64,000 nucleotides of DNA, taken from Catajapyx aquilonaris (Eukaryota). Below the pieces are notes generated by a model. That model was given only the letters and a program-made list of their open reading frames with translations, did not search any database and had not been told where the DNA came from. The stretch spans positions 1 through 64,000 of the forward strand of contig KZ538088.1 in assembly GCA_000934665.2 (NCBI GenBank), written 5' to 3'. The position numbers and the translations under genes were made by a program. Below are positions 62,641 through 64,000 of the stretch, piece by piece (position 1 is the stretch's first letter; each line of letters starts with the position of its first letter).

Positions 62641-63263
62641 CTGAAATGGACGTAAATGTCTCTTATTACCACAACTGGACAAATCTGAATCACGCAATAC
62701 AAGCCCCAACAAATATTATTAATGATGACAGCTACACTGGCCATGTAACCAGCACGACGCAGTTTTATTCGTCACGTATGGCGAGACTTTGCAATTAGAA
62801 AAAAGGCAATATACCACACCACACAGTGTTTTTTCTAATCATTAAACGAGCCGCATCGTGCAAAAGTCGGCTCCTCCCATTAGTCCCATATGTGAACAAA
62901 GTTAACACATAAAACGCAACCATATTTAAAAAAAATAAAAAATAAACACATCGTGAGAAAATGGCAAAAACCTTTGTTTACAACCTTCCCCATAAATTCC
63001 CCCGCCTTCATTAGGCCGCCTGCTGATGAACCGAAAGGCAAACAAGGAAGGCAAAAATGGGGGATTGGGGTCAGACACTTGTTCGGTCTTCCTGAATCAC
63101 GCCTCCAAGACGGTACCGAACATCGCGCAAAAGCACCGCCACCTTTTAATCTGCATATCAAATTATCGGCAAGCTCGCGGACCCATTAACCGGCCATTGT
63201 CTTTCCGATGGCCGCCAATCAGCCTCCGAGGCCGATCCAAAATAAGAGGCACGAGGACATATA

Positions 63264-63420
63264 CAGGGTGTTTCTTAAATTATTAAAACAAATTTATAGG
63301 GTGAGCTGAGAGTGCCTATAGGCCCTACATAAAATGATCCCCAGAAGCCCTCAACTCACCCTATTTTGTTATATATAGGAGTGTCATTTAGTGTCCGAAG
63401 TTAGGGAGATAATTAAGTTT
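63264..63420. mobile_element. Probable left end of a Tc1/mariner-type element (TA|CAGGGTG); other end not found in window
   Basis: tatacagggtgtttc start resembles the other CAGGGTG elements in the window. Confidence 0.35.
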
Positions 63421-64000
63421 AACTTTTTGGGTGTAATATTATGTACTTGTAGAAGTTTGAAGCATTACAAAACACCCGGAGTGACTGGTGTCGAGTGATG
63501 AGGAGGACCCCCCGGAATAGCTTCTCTGCATGCTGCCCAATAGAAGCAAAACTGTAATTTAATAAGAAGGGGAGGGCAGCAAAAAGCGGTGAATGGCTGC
63601 CGAGGTGGGTATCCGCCATAGGAACACTGATTGTCTATTCTAATTACACGCGGCGAGGACCCGGGGCATCCATCAAAGAAAGGTCATGGTTCCTCCCACT
63701 GGCCTATTGTTGGGCCTGTGGTGTCCAGCCCATAAGCGCAGCAGTTCCGGATCCATGTAGGGTCATTCACACGAGCGACGGTGGCCCAGCGACGTTATAG
63801 GAAACGTCGTTTGAACCCGCCCATCTTGGCGCCTTTATTGAAACCCGGTCCATGCAGGTGGCAACATTAATTAACCTCCAGGGGCTATCTCCCACAGAAA
63901 AATAAATTAGTTAATTACCCAGAGGTCGCTTCCACACTGGGAAACAAGAAGGTGCAGTTATACTTACACGCGGTTCCATTCTTTGACAAAAATGAAGGGG

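Noticed and set aside
63020..63050. Hammerhead ribozyme-like CTGATGA-accgaaaggc-AAAC
   Set aside because: Lacks the conserved GAAA after stem II and has no convincing stems I/III.
63419..63619. 66-aa minus-strand ORF as the first Awh exon
   Set aside because: No suitable phase-0 donor identified, no similarity recognised, and it adjoins a probable transposon end.
1..64000. CRISPR arrays, prokaryotic operons, rRNA or intact autonomous transposons
   Set aside because: None seen; the sequence is intron-containing eukaryotic DNA and all transposase relics are disrupted.

Overview
Eukaryotic genomic DNA, most likely from a non-insect or basal arthropod (inferred from intron-rich genes, Mu-class GSTs and an Arrowhead-type LIM-homeobox gene). 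Six spliced genes were rebuilt by hand with phase-consistent junctions: a MARCH-family RING-CH E3 ligase (+, 15158-22933), swiss cheese/NTE (PNPLA6/7; -, about 45048-26459), two tandem Mu-class GSTs (-), a divergent SWT1-like PIN ribonuclease (+, 54400-57036) and a 5'-incomplete Arrowhead/Lhx6-8 gene (-). Introns and intergenic DNA carry mariner/Tc1, piggyBac, hAT/P-like and Helitron remnants, tRNA-derived SINEs and several tiny TIR-only hairpins. The most interesting signal is in sws. The exon carrying the catalytic Asp is duplicated as two 117-nt, same-phase exons (DGG vs DGC motif). A distant intronic 14-mer is perfectly complementary to the 5' splice site of one copy, and a second bipartite element is complementary to the 3' splice site of the other. 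Together these suggest a long-range RNA-pairing switch for mutually exclusive splicing of an esterase active site. No gene could be identified with confidence in the first ~15 kb. All calls come from reading the sequence; no searches were run.
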